Source of the DNA: an uncultured virus (IMG/VR IMGVR_UViG_2579779073_000002)
Taxonomy: Duplodnaviria; Heunggongvirae; Uroviricota; Caudoviricetes
Strand: one strand, 5' to 3'
IMG/VR virus record: IMGVR_UViG_2579779073_000002
DNA: 64,000 nt
The notes below the pieces were generated by a model. It searched no databases. It was not told the DNA's origin and worked only from the letters and a program-made list of their open reading frames with translations. Shown piece after piece: positions 9,408 to 18,838 of this stretch (positions within the stretch are counted from its first letter, which is position 1; each line of letters begins with the position of its first letter). The position numbers and the translations under genes were made by a program.

Positions 9408-10565
9408 TTAAAAATTAAGGTAATTGGCCAACTTTTCGGTGGCTTCATTTTTTTGCTTGGCAGTAACTGCGGTGTAAATATCTAAAGTTGTGCGATAGCT
9501 TGAATGTCCTAACTGGTCTTGTACTGACTTGATGGAAGCATGGGCTTCAAATGCAAGTGTCGCATAAGTGTGGCGGAATGCGTGAACCGTGACATGCTTC
9601 AAGTCATATTTAGTTAGAGTATGTTCAAGCCATTTACGTGGCTTAGATGGTTGAAACATTTCGTTATTTTCATTGGCAAACACATAGTGGTTACCCTGAT
9701 TAATATTGAATCCGAAACGTAGTAGCCATTCTTTTTGATCAGCTTGCCAGCGTTGCAATATTTTGACTGTATTGGGATCTAAATACACCGTCCGGTTGCT
9801 CCGCGCTGTCTTAGGTGCTTGTACCAGCAGACGGGCACCATCACCACGGGATTGTGTTTTATTAACCCGTATAGTGTGATTGCTAAAATCAATGTCAGAC
9901 CATTCTAAGCAAAGCATTTCAGATTTTCTCATACCGGTAAAAGCCGCTAAACGGAAGAACACACTGGCTTGCGGTGTATTGTCATCATCATTCAGACACT
10001 CAAAGAAGTGTTGTAATTCAGACTTATCAAAATAATTCTCTAAATTTTTGCGTGAACGATCGTTTTTATTCACTGGTACAATAACACGCTTAGCCGGATT
10101 TTCACTGATTAAGTCAATGTTGATGGCATAATCAAGCACCTTTGCAACGTAGTTCATTAGCGTGTGGTACTTGGCCAAGCCAGCATTAAACCACTGGTTA
10201 ATGGCTTTTTGACAATCCTTAATGGATATTTTAGCAATCCGGTAATCATTAAATATCGGTAAAATATGAAGCCGGAACAGCCGTTGAGTCGTTACCCAAG
10301 TGCTTTCCTTAACCGTTTGTTTATATTGCGTGAACCATAGTTGGTAAATATCCTGAAAAATTGTATTATCGTTTTTAGTTGGTAGCCCATGATTGTAAAT
10401 ATCAAGTTCAAGTCTTGATAATACAATCTGGGCTTCTTTTTTTGTCTTGAATCCACGGCGTCGGGTATTTTTCTTTTTCCCCGTTAGTGGATCAACACCT
10501 AAATAAACTTGAAACTGATAACGGGTATTCCCGTCCTTGTCCTGATACTTCTTGATTGTTGCCAT
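9408..10565 (-). CDS. int: Tyrosine recombinase (satellite integrase)
   Basis: TGMRKSE, HAFRHTYAT, QLGHSS...TLDIY catalytic motifs; N-terminal arm-binding domain. Confidence 0.95.
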   Translation of the reverse strand: MATIKKYQDKDGNTRYQFQVYLGVDPLTGKKKNTRRRGFKTKKEAQIVLSRLELDIYNHGLPTKNDNTIFQDIYQLWFTQYKQTVKESTWVTTQRLFRLHILPIFNDYRIAKISIKDCQKAINQWFNAGLAKYHTLMNYVAKVLDYAINIDLISENPAKRVIVPVNKNDRSRKNLENYFDKSELQHFFECLNDDDNTPQASVFFRLAAFTGMRKSEMLCLEWSDIDFSNHTIRVNKTQSRGDGARLLVQAPKTARSNRTVYLDPNTVKILQRWQADQKEWLLRFGFNINQGNHYVFANENNEMFQPSKPRKWLEHTLTKYDLKHVTVHAFRHTYATLAFEAHASIKSVQDQLGHSSYRTTLDIYTAVTAKQKNEATEKLANYLNF

Positions 10566-10639
10566 TTATAATTTCCTCCATAACGTACCGTGCGGGGGCA
10601 GTGTTATGTTGTGGTCATTTAAATTGTTTATGGCTATGT

Positions 10640-11320
10640 CTAGTGCTTAGGATAAGTACCATGCTTCTTAAAATATTCCTCATCTTGTTTTTCTTCTTCT
10701 GCATTCATTTTTTTGTTAACCTCTCTTAATTTTGAAACAGTAGGAGAAATTATAGATTCTAATTTTTTAAAATCAATTCCATGTTTTGAATCGTCATAGC
10801 CAGGCATATGAACGTTTAAAGCTGCAGAGTAAAGTTCATTTAATAAATTATTGAAAGTTGAAAAGAACTTTTCAATGTTAGGATCTGGTTTGGATTCATT
10901 TCCAAGATAAGCTAGCCTGCTATTGAATACATCACTAATCGCGGATAGCATACTATCTATTTGCTGGTCAGTTAAATGCTTTTCATATTCCCAACCGGCA
11001 TTTTCATTAATATCTAGTGAGTACAGACTCTTGAGTCTTAGGTAATTAGTAGTTTCGTAATCAGTATGATTTTTTTCGAAATTTTGAAATTCTTTAAAAT
11101 CACTATCACTCATTTTTTTATAGCTTGGCTCAATTCCTTGCAAATAGCTGACCGAGACGTTAAAAAAATTAGCTAGTTTTTTCCAAGTCTCAAGTTTTGG
11201 TTCTGTTTTCCCATTTTCATAGTTGTTAATAGTTCCTCTTTTTATACCTGTTTTTTGTGCCATTTGATCCAAAGTATAGTGGTGACTTTCTCTCAAAGCT
11301 TTTAATCTATTTGTTGGCAT
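10640..11320 (-). CDS. XRE-family HTH repressor of the satellite
   Basis: RLKALR...TINNYENGKTEP HTH; divergent from xis. Confidence 0.85.
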   Translation of the reverse strand: MPTNRLKALRESHHYTLDQMAQKTGIKRGTINNYENGKTEPKLETWKKLANFFNVSVSYLQGIEPSYKKMSDSDFKEFQNFEKNHTDYETTNYLRLKSLYSLDINENAGWEYEKHLTDQQIDSMLSAISDVFNSRLAYLGNESKPDPNIEKFFSTFNNLLNELYSAALNVHMPGYDDSKHGIDFKKLESIISPTVSKLREVNKKMNAEEEKQDEEYFKKHGTYPKH

Positions 11321-11375
11321 AATTTATCACCTCTGAATACATTTTACATGTAATTTAGAGTAAATGGCAACAAAT

Positions 11376-11448
11376 ATCTAAGAAAAATAGATATTGACAT
11401 CTAAGAATATTAGATATATCATGTTTTTGTTATCTAATATTCTTAGAT
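11376..11448. promoter_or_regulatory. Satellite genetic switch: three ATCTAAGAAWAWTAGAT operators over a TTGACA-N17-TATCAT promoter
   Basis: Copies at 11376, 11399 and 11432 (inverted); -35 at 11394, -10 at 11417. Confidence 0.7.
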
Positions 11449-11471
11449 TTTTTAGTGAGGAAGTGAAATTT

Positions 11472-11648
11472 ATGAATGATTTTCCAAAATATATGAATTT
11501 AGGCCAAGCGTGCCAATATTTAAATGTTAAATCTCGTAATACTTTAAAAAAGTATATTCAGCAAGGGTTACATGTAATTATAATCAATGGCACTAAACGT
11601 ATTGATAAGCAAGACGCTGACAAATTTATGGAAACCAATAAGATTTAA
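11472..11648 (+). CDS. Excisionase/AlpA-like HTH protein
   Basis: YMNLGQACQYLNVKSRNTLKKYI pattern; GAGG RBS before ATG 11472. Confidence 0.75.
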   Translation: MNDFPKYMNLGQACQYLNVKSRNTLKKYIQQGLHVIIINGTKRIDKQDADKFMETNKI

Positions 11649-11689
11649 CTTCACCGTGCGGGGGTAGACAAATTTTGGGAGGTGATTTC

Positions 11690-11797
11690 ATGATAGCAAC
11701 AACAATCTTATGGGCAATCAAATTTATGATTGTGTCGTTTATTGGCAACGTGGTGGTTAAGTTAATCAAGAACCCGCGTCGGTATTTTGGAATGTGA
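11690..11797 (+). CDS. 35-aa hydrophobic peptide (MIATTILWAIKFMIVSFIGNVVVKLIKNPRRYFGM)
   Basis: GGAGGTG RBS; hand translation. Confidence 0.55.
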   Translation: MIATTILWAIKFMIVSFIGNVVVKLIKNPRRYFGM

Positions 11798-11927
11798 GGT
11801 CAGTCGCATGGGAAAGCATACAAAAAAGGCCTACTTTGCTTTGGACGGCAGTAGGTCGAAGAAATAATCCAAAATATGCTTTCCCTTATTTTAACACGTT
11901 AGCACGGTTATATGAAGGGAATTTGTA

Positions 11928-12146
11928 ATGAAGAAAACTAAAGATTTAGATGAACTAGCGCTTGAGGCTGGATCACTCGTAACTTCAATAGGGGCTTTAG
12001 ATGATTTTGTCTATGAATACTTCGTTAATAACAATATAGATTATTCCGAAAAATTGAGTGGACTAATCACTGTCATAAAGCAATATGCAGAAAATCACTA
12101 TACAGATATTGATGAGCTTAATATGTTTGGCGGTGTTGAAAAATGA
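11928..12146 (+). CDS. Hypothetical satellite protein
   Basis: RBS; ATGA overlap with the next gene. Confidence 0.65.
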   Translation: MKKTKDLDELALEAGSLVTSIGALDDFVYEYFVNNNIDYSEKLSGLITVIKQYAENHYTDIDELNMFGGVEK

Positions 12147-12943
12147 AAGAGTTCGCAACGCTTGATAAAGCCATTGAGCTGGCCCAACAAGGCTATGCGG
12201 TTTACCCACTAATTGAGAATACGAAGAAGCCACCTAAAGGGGTGGCCGGCTACCGAGCCGCAACTAGTGACCAGAATACCATCTTTGCATGGTTCAAAAA
12301 GCACCCGACTTACAACTTAGGCTTACGGCTAGATTTATCGGATTTATTGGTTGTTGACATTGATATGCACGATCCAACTAAAAATGGTCGGGATAGCTTG
12401 GTACAACTATTTAAGCAAGGACTGACATTACCGAAATACACCTACATTGAACGGACGGCTAACGGCGGTGTGCATTACTTTTTGAAATACGCGGGGGCTA
12501 AGGTTCGCAAAATTGACGTTTGGCCCGGCATTGACTTGCTGAGTGACTTCACGGTAATTGCACCAAGTGAGATTAACGGCAAAATGTATGAATCCTTAGA
12601 TGGGCGAACCTTAGCTGATATTAAGCCAGCTCCTCAATGGTTAGTCGATAAGTTGGCGGGCCAAAAAGTGAACTGGACGTCAGAACGCGCCTATGCCACA
12701 CGCCAAAAGAAGTATACCGGTCGCTTGTTAGATGAAATGGTAACCGGGACAACCCAAGGCAATCGCAATGCTTGGTTAACTAAAATTGCTGGTCGAATGT
12801 TTGGTGTCGGTGCCGATCCCAAGACAGTTTATAACATGCTGTCAGTGATTAATGATTCGTTCGTTGATCCGGCGCTACCAAGCAAGGAGGTTAATGTAAT
12901 TTTTCAATCCATTTTAAAACGAGAGAGTAAGGGGGTTCATTAA
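12143..12943 (+). CDS. Bifunctional DNA primase/polymerase with primase C-terminal domain
   Basis: LVVDIDMH, RTANGGVHYFL, GNRNAWLTKIAG motifs. Confidence 0.9.
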   Translation: MKEFATLDKAIELAQQGYAVYPLIENTKKPPKGVAGYRAATSDQNTIFAWFKKHPTYNLGLRLDLSDLLVVDIDMHDPTKNGRDSLVQLFKQGLTLPKYTYIERTANGGVHYFLKYAGAKVRKIDVWPGIDLLSDFTVIAPSEINGKMYESLDGRTLADIKPAPQWLVDKLAGQKVNWTSERAYATRQKKYTGRLLDEMVTGTTQGNRNAWLTKIAGRMFGVGADPKTVYNMLSVINDSFVDPALPSKEVNVIFQSILKRESKGVH

Positions 12944-14337
12944 TGGGTAAAGCGATGGATTTACCAGCAGAGACCCAAGAAGCGGCCAACAATGTTATCA
13001 AAATGCAACGTGACGCTGATTGGCAGAACGATTTCAAAAAGAATTCGGACGATGGAATTAAAACACAGTCTCTTTACAATATCCGCTTAATTATGGAACA
13101 TGACGAAATGTTGAAAGGGCTAGTTGCATTTGACGAGTTCTCGGAACAAATTGTCAAAACACCACAAGCAGAAAATTCACTGTTCAAAAAAGGTTTTTGG
13201 AATGATAGTGATGACACGTTATTGAGAAGCTATATTGAAGATCATTACAACTTGTTATTCAGCAAGGAAAACATTACCGACGCGGTAGTTACAGAGGCAC
13301 GCCGCAAGACAATCAATCCGGTTAAGGCTCGTATTGAAGCGGTAGAATGGGACGGCCAGCCACGTGCTGAACGTTATTTCATTGATTACTTAGGTGCCGA
13401 AGATAATCATTATACCCGCACCATCACTAAGAAATGGCTAACTGGTCTTGTTGCTCGGGCCTATGAACCCGGCGTTAAGTTTGAAATTGTTCCTATCTTA
13501 GAGGGAAGCCAAGGACTTGGCAAGAGTACGGCTGGTAAAAATCTATACCCTGATAAATTCAATGATTCGTTGAAAGGAATGGGTAAGCAGAAAGACGATT
13601 ATCAACAGTTACAAGGTAGTTGGATTATTGAAGTTGCCGAGCTTTCCGCCATGAGGAAAACGGACATTGAGGGAATTAAAAATTTTATTAGTGCACAATC
13701 CGACACATACCGGAACAGTTATGGCCGCTATGCGTTACCGCACCCACGTAAATGCGTATTTATTGGCACAACTAACCAAACCGACTATTTAAAGGACGCG
13801 ACCGGTGAACGGCGCTTCTATCCAATTAAATGTGGGGTCAACAAGGCCAAATTAGATGTATGGCACCCGGACGAGAATTACATGCTTCAAGTATTGGCGG
13901 AAGCCGCGTACTGGTTTAGGAATGGCGAACCGCTATATCTGGATCAGGCCACCATGAAAGAGGCTAAGGCGTATCAGATGGCTGCGGAAACTGTCGACCC
14001 TATGCGCGATGCTATCGAAGAGTTTTTAGCAATGGAAGTTCCCACAGATTGGGAAAACATGAGTACCGGCTTAAAACAAAGCTATGTCAGTGACTACGGC
14101 CATCATTCTAAGTGGCTAAAAGATCAAGTTAGTAATGAACGGAAACTACTCAACCAAACAACAACTCTGGAAATCATGGAAGTTGTCTTCCATAAAACAG
14201 TCGATCGTTATTTAACCGGGCGAACAAACTCGGAAGCTAAGCGAATCAAGCTATTAATGGACAATATGGACGGCTGGGAAGCTAAAAGAATTAGAATGAA
14301 CGGCAAGTTTCCACGTGGATATGTCCGCGTACAATGA
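12943..14337 (+). CDS. Virulence-associated E (VapE)-like helicase/replication protein
   Basis: GSQGLGKST Walker A; FIGTTN...DATGERRFYPI. Confidence 0.9.
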   Translation: MGKAMDLPAETQEAANNVIKMQRDADWQNDFKKNSDDGIKTQSLYNIRLIMEHDEMLKGLVAFDEFSEQIVKTPQAENSLFKKGFWNDSDDTLLRSYIEDHYNLLFSKENITDAVVTEARRKTINPVKARIEAVEWDGQPRAERYFIDYLGAEDNHYTRTITKKWLTGLVARAYEPGVKFEIVPILEGSQGLGKSTAGKNLYPDKFNDSLKGMGKQKDDYQQLQGSWIIEVAELSAMRKTDIEGIKNFISAQSDTYRNSYGRYALPHPRKCVFIGTTNQTDYLKDATGERRFYPIKCGVNKAKLDVWHPDENYMLQVLAEAAYWFRNGEPLYLDQATMKEAKAYQMAAETVDPMRDAIEEFLAMEVPTDWENMSTGLKQSYVSDYGHHSKWLKDQVSNERKLLNQTTTLEIMEVVFHKTVDRYLTGRTNSEAKRIKLLMDNMDGWEAKRIRMNGKFPRGYVRVQ

Positions 14338-14344
14338 TCGAAAA

Positions 14345-14473
14345 TGCTAAGTGTACCACGTTGTACCGGGTAATGAACCACGTTAGGGCACTTTGAAACG
14401 TTGTTATATCAACGATTGTCCACGTGTACCACGTGTACCACGTTAAAATGAACATTTCCAGTACAGGAGGAAA
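14345..14473 (+). other. Probable satellite replication origin (iterons GTACCACGT)
   Basis: Repeated (G)TACCACGT-type motifs flanking an AT-rich palindrome, directly after the helicase gene, the usual PICI ori position. Confidence 0.65.
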
Positions 14474-14479
14474 AGGAAA

Positions 14480-14899
14480 ATGAAAGTAATTTATCCAAGT
14501 TTAGTTGAGCAAGCTTTTGACATTTACGTTAAACAATATGGACCAGTTGTCTCAAATAGAGTTAACGAATTGAAATCGTGTATTTACAGAGCCTTGATTA
14601 AAGAAGGTGCTTTAGATCAAAATGGTGATCCAACTCAAAAAGCAAAAGATAAAGGATTGGTTGGGAACTTTACCCCAAATGAAGATGGAGAATATGAGCC
14701 AGAAACTGTAAGAGACTTAAAACTCATGTACCCCATTTATGCACAATTTAGTGACGATCACTTTATGAAATCAAGTCAAGGTTGGTTAGCTGACGCCTAC
14801 GTTATCCGAAACGTTTCAAGCCAAGTTTTGAATAATCCTTTAAGCGATGAAGAACAACGCAAAAATGCGTACAAGATGTTGGAACAATTAGATGATTAA
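14480..14899 (+). CDS. Hypothetical satellite protein
   Basis: AGGAGG RBS, 139 aa ORF. Confidence 0.7.
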   Translation: MKVIYPSLVEQAFDIYVKQYGPVVSNRVNELKSCIYRALIKEGALDQNGDPTQKAKDKGLVGNFTPNEDGEYEPETVRDLKLMYPIYAQFSDDHFMKSSQGWLADAYVIRNVSSQVLNNPLSDEEQRKNAYKMLEQLDD

Positions 14900-14923
14900 C
14901 ATGATAGAAAGGATCTAACTATA

Positions 14924-15106
14924 ATGATTAAAACAAAAACGATTATGCAAATGTCTGTACAAGATTTAGACCGAGCAATTAACAGAGAATTAGCCAACCG
15001 GATTGATAGTGACAATGTCATTGACATTAAGTTTTCAAGTAACGCGTTTGGGGCAGACCTAGATTCTTCTTCTGCAGAATATTGCGCCATGATTATTTAC
15101 AAGTGA
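14924..15106 (+). CDS. Small hypothetical protein
   Basis: AAAGGA RBS, operon position. Confidence 0.55.
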   Translation: MIKTKTIMQMSVQDLDRAINRELANRIDSDNVIDIKFSSNAFGADLDSSSAEYCAMIIYK

Positions 15107-15115
15107 GGTTAACTA

Positions 15116-15454
15116 ATGAAGAACTATAATCTAAGCCGACTAAATAAGCGGGTACAGTTTGGCACCGTCAAGTCAGTTGAAAATCCAATAAACGGCACAA
15201 CCAAGCAACAATTCGTGCCACTGTTCACTGTCTGGTGTGGTGAGTATACGTTGACCATCAGTAACACTATTAGCCTTACTGGTACGACTGCGACAACTAA
15301 CCAGCTAATTGCGGTACGCCATGACGATCGAATCACGACAACCTTGGAAGCAATATTAGATGGGGTGACGTATCGCGTTGCTGGCGTTAGTTCTGATAGC
15401 GAGATGAATGCTTATGACGTGGTCACACTAACTAAGGTCAACGGTCATGGCTAA
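15116..15454 (+). CDS. Head closure / head-tail adaptor (SPP1 gp16-like)
   Basis: RLNKRVQF...IAVRH...DGVTYRV..V pattern. Confidence 0.75.
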   Translation: MKNYNLSRLNKRVQFGTVKSVENPINGTTKQQFVPLFTVWCGEYTLTISNTISLTGTTATTNQLIAVRHDDRITTTLEAILDGVTYRVAGVSSDSEMNAYDVVTLTKVNGHG

Positions 15455-15836
15455 GCCAATGAAGCAATGCGAGCACCCGGGTTGTCGGACGTTGGTTGCC
15501 TATGACACACGCTATTGCGAGAAGCACCGCAAGGCAACTAACAAGTGGCGGTATCACAAACGCATGTACGATTCAGATGAGAGTAAGTACCAGCAGTTCT
15601 ACAAGTCGTCAGCATGGCGCAAGTTGTCACGGCGGTTCCTTGAAAGCAATCCGGTATGTGTACAGTGCTACCAAGATGGGGTGATCTGTAAAGCCGATGT
15701 GGTCGATCACGTTATTGAAATCAAAGATGATTGGTCACGTCGCTTAGATGAAAGCAACCTACAACCATTATGTTACCGACATCATAACCGGAAGACTAGA
15801 CTGGCTAGAGAACAGCGGGAGCAACAAACTAAATAA
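15447..15836 (+). CDS. HNH endonuclease, cos-packaging associated
   Basis: CxxC..VDHV...NLQPLCYRHHNRKT. Confidence 0.9.
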   Translation: MAKPMKQCEHPGCRTLVAYDTRYCEKHRKATNKWRYHKRMYDSDESKYQQFYKSSAWRKLSRRFLESNPVCVQCYQDGVICKADVVDHVIEIKDDWSRRLDESNLQPLCYRHHNRKTRLAREQREQQTK

Positions 15837-16510
15837 CCAATGAGTGTCGTGCTGAAAGGCGCGGCGCTTTTTAGTAGAGCGGAATTTCCCGCTAAAGTGA
15901 ATCAGACTGGCTAAGTTTAACTTAGGTAGTAGATCTGTGCAATACTGCGCTGAACTTTAAGCCGAGCTACTAAGCGGAGTTTTCCGCTGACCTAGCAAGT
16001 GTAGTGCTGACTACACTTGTTAAGCTGAGTTAGTGAGTCGAAATTTTCGACCTAGTTAACCAACCCGCATTTTGCGTCTAAGTTGCCAAAAGTGGCAATG
16101 GACTGCGCCGATTTTTCGGCCGAGTGAACAATTCAAGTTGGCGGCTCAATTTTGCGCCGCCAAATTTAAAACAGCATGACAGCCCAGAAACGTTGATATG
16201 GGGGGCCATGGTCGACCAAAAAGGAGCGGACAGCATACTTTTGTGTTTATAAAAGTCCCTTTTGAGCTTTGATTTTTTGCTAATTTTGCTGGATTGTGAA
16301 ATATCCCTACTAATAATGCGAAATTTAAACAAATAGCTAGTCAGGGGGTAACGTGTAAATATAAACATGTTATTAATTGCACTTTTTAGAAATATGTGCG
16401 ATAATATAGGTATAATAAACGAGTTCTGGATATATGTATCAATCAGCCGCTACGGGTCTAACCCGTGGGGGCTTTTTGGTACGTAAATTTAAACGAAAGG
16501 AGTGCTCCGA

Positions 16511-16984
16511 ATGAGCCAAAAAGTAAAAGCCTTAGCCAGTATGAAGAAACATTTAACCAATGATGAGCGTGATCAACGTAAAGACGCTGAAAAAGCGTTA
16601 TTTGATTATCCGGTGCTTGATTTAACCCCGCCAGATTGGTTACATGATCGTGCCTTGACTGAATGGCAACGGGTAGCGCCTTATTTAAAGGCCAATACCC
16701 CAATTAGTGAACTTGACCGGGCAATGTTAGCCAGTTATTGCCGCGCTTATGCAACGGTACAGACTTGCGAGAATGATATTCGTAAGAACGGACTGGTACA
16801 AACTAATCAAGAGACTGGTGTACGTAAGCCGAACCCCTACGTAGCCATGCAGTCACAAGCGATGAAAGATTTAAAAGCCTTAGCCAATGATTTAGGCATG
16901 TCGCTATCGAGCCGGGCCCGCATGGAATTGAATAAACAGAAAGATGAGACACCCGAAGATACTTTTGAGGCGATGTTGTCATGA
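16511..16984 (+). CDS. terS: Terminase small subunit (P27 family)
   Basis: PPDWL...LASYC...NPYV...LGMSLSSRAR; AAGGAG RBS before ATG 16511. Confidence 0.85.
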   Translation: MSQKVKALASMKKHLTNDERDQRKDAEKALFDYPVLDLTPPDWLHDRALTEWQRVAPYLKANTPISELDRAMLASYCRAYATVQTCENDIRKNGLVQTNQETGVRKPNPYVAMQSQAMKDLKALANDLGMSLSSRARMELNKQKDETPEDTFEAMLS

Positions 16985-18684
16985 TTGAATATGTTGACCA
17001 AGTGTTATCGGGTCAAGTATTGGCTGGTCAAAAAATCAAATGGGCGTGTGAGCGATTTAAACGCGATTTAAGCCGTTCTAAGGACGACAGCTTCCCGTTC
17101 TACTATGACGAAGACAAAGCGGCACAGGCGGTTAAGTTTATCGAATTGATGCCTAAGACTGACGGTAGCCAACTCACCATGCAACCATTTCAAGAATGGA
17201 TCATTAGTGAACTGTATGGCTGGCGTGAAAAAACTACTGGTAACCGCCGTTATGATCGTGCGTTTATTAGTATGGCCCGGAAGAATGGTAAAACCTATCT
17301 GGCTTCTGGTATGGCCGCTAATGGCCTTTTAAGAGAACGTCAGCCCGCCCGCAACCGACAAGTATTATTTGTCAGTAACGCCCTTAAACAAGCTAAATTA
17401 GGCTATGACATGCTTTCAAGTGGTTTACGGCAAGTCCGTAAGCAATCGAAGTATATGCGGCAACGGGTTAAGGTGCAAAAGCAAGCCATTACTGACTTAG
17501 AAACTGATTCACAAGCCTTGGCCCTTGCCAGTGATACCAGTACGCTTGATGGTTATGCCGGGACGACCGTTATTTTAGATGAATGGCACGAAGCTAAAGA
17601 CCGCAAAGTGTACAACGTTTTAAAGTCTGGCCAAGCACAAGAAGATAACTCCCTGCTGGCGGTGATTTCCACCTCGGGTCTTAACCTTAACGTTCCAATG
17701 CACGCCGAATATGACATGCTGACGGACGTTTTAAAGGGGAAAACCAAAGCTGACCGTTATTTTGTGGCAATATGGGAACTTGACGACCGCGAAGAAGTTT
17801 ACGATCAAGCCAATTGGATTAAGGCCAACCCGTTATTCAGTGAACCACACGCTAAACAACGCATGACGGAAAAGATTCAGGCCGACGTTGACCTTGCCAT
17901 TAAGCAAAACAACCTAATCCCGGTACTGGTTAAGAATTTCAATATGTGGTTGCAAGCCAGTGAGGACAGTTATATTTCAGCAGACGATTGGGCCGCTGGT
18001 AAATTGGCAAAGGTGCCCGACTTACATAATCGTGACGCCTATATTGGCATTGATTTATCAAAAAGTAATGACTTAACCGCGGTTAGTTGGCTCGTTCCAA
18101 TTGGTAACGGTCAGTTTTATTGTGATAGTCATTCGTTTGTGGGGACTAAATATGGCCTCGATTCTAAGATTAAACGTGATGGCATTGATTACCGGTCAAT
18201 GGAGCGGGCGGGTGAGTGTAGTATCACCCGATTAGATAGTGGCATTATTGATTATGACAATCTATTTGATTTTGTACAAAAACTGGTCGGGAAATACAAC
18301 TGGAAAGTGAAAGCAATCGCTTATGACCCGTATAACGCGCAAACGTTAATTACAAAATTCGAGAAATTAAGCTATCCTTTGTTTGAAGTACGACAAGGCA
18401 CCAAGACTTTGAATATCCCAACCCGTAATTTTCGTGATCAGCTTTACGATGACAAGATTAAACATAACGGCAACAAGATTCTCGCTTATGCGGTCAATAA
18501 CGCCATCTTGAAAGTGCTAAACAATGGTTGGCAACTGGATAAAGCCCGCAATAGTAATCGGATTGACCCGATTGCGGCGTTGATTAACGCGTTTGTAGCT
18601 GGTATGGACTATTACCAAGAAAGTGAGGATCAACAGCATGCAGAAGATTACTACAAAACAGCGACTGCGGCAGATCTGTTCTGA
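16981..18684 (+). CDS. terL: Terminase large subunit (HK97/cos type)
   Basis: ARKNGKT Walker A, ILDEWH Walker B, GIDLS nuclease motif, RIDPIAA. Confidence 0.95.
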   Translation: MIEYVDQVLSGQVLAGQKIKWACERFKRDLSRSKDDSFPFYYDEDKAAQAVKFIELMPKTDGSQLTMQPFQEWIISELYGWREKTTGNRRYDRAFISMARKNGKTYLASGMAANGLLRERQPARNRQVLFVSNALKQAKLGYDMLSSGLRQVRKQSKYMRQRVKVQKQAITDLETDSQALALASDTSTLDGYAGTTVILDEWHEAKDRKVYNVLKSGQAQEDNSLLAVISTSGLNLNVPMHAEYDMLTDVLKGKTKADRYFVAIWELDDREEVYDQANWIKANPLFSEPHAKQRMTEKIQADVDLAIKQNNLIPVLVKNFNMWLQASEDSYISADDWAAGKLAKVPDLHNRDAYIGIDLSKSNDLTAVSWLVPIGNGQFYCDSHSFVGTKYGLDSKIKRDGIDYRSMERAGECSITRLDSGIIDYDNLFDFVQKLVGKYNWKVKAIAYDPYNAQTLITKFEKLSYPLFEVRQGTKTLNIPTRNFRDQLYDDKIKHNGNKILAYAVNNAILKVLNNGWQLDKARNSNRIDPIAALINAFVAGMDYYQESEDQQHAEDYYKTATAADLF

Positions 18685-18838
18685 TTATGTACAAACGATC
18701 TTGTTGGTGATTGGCCTAATCTGCTTAGTAATTGGTTTTGGTTGCTGGATCAGTTGGCAAGCGGGGTTAATGCTGGCTGGTACGGCAATGATTCTGTTAG
18801 CGTTGCTAATTAATTATGAAAAGCAAAGAGGTGATTAA
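18623..18838 (+). CDS. Small 2-TM membrane protein between terL and portal
   Basis: Two hydrophobic helices; position typical of lactic acid bacteria cos modules. Confidence 0.6.
   Translation: MRINSMQKITTKQRLRQICSDYVQTILLVIGLICLVIGFGCWISWQAGLMLAGTAMILLALLINYEKQRGD

Noticed and set aside
9125..9418. 97-aa ORF across att and the inverted origin copy
   Set aside because: No RBS; TWYTWYTW merely translates the iterons.
16494..16506. Pairing of insert C with the satellite terS RBS
   Set aside because: Only 11 pairs with 3 G-U wobbles, mostly the generic SD; not specific.
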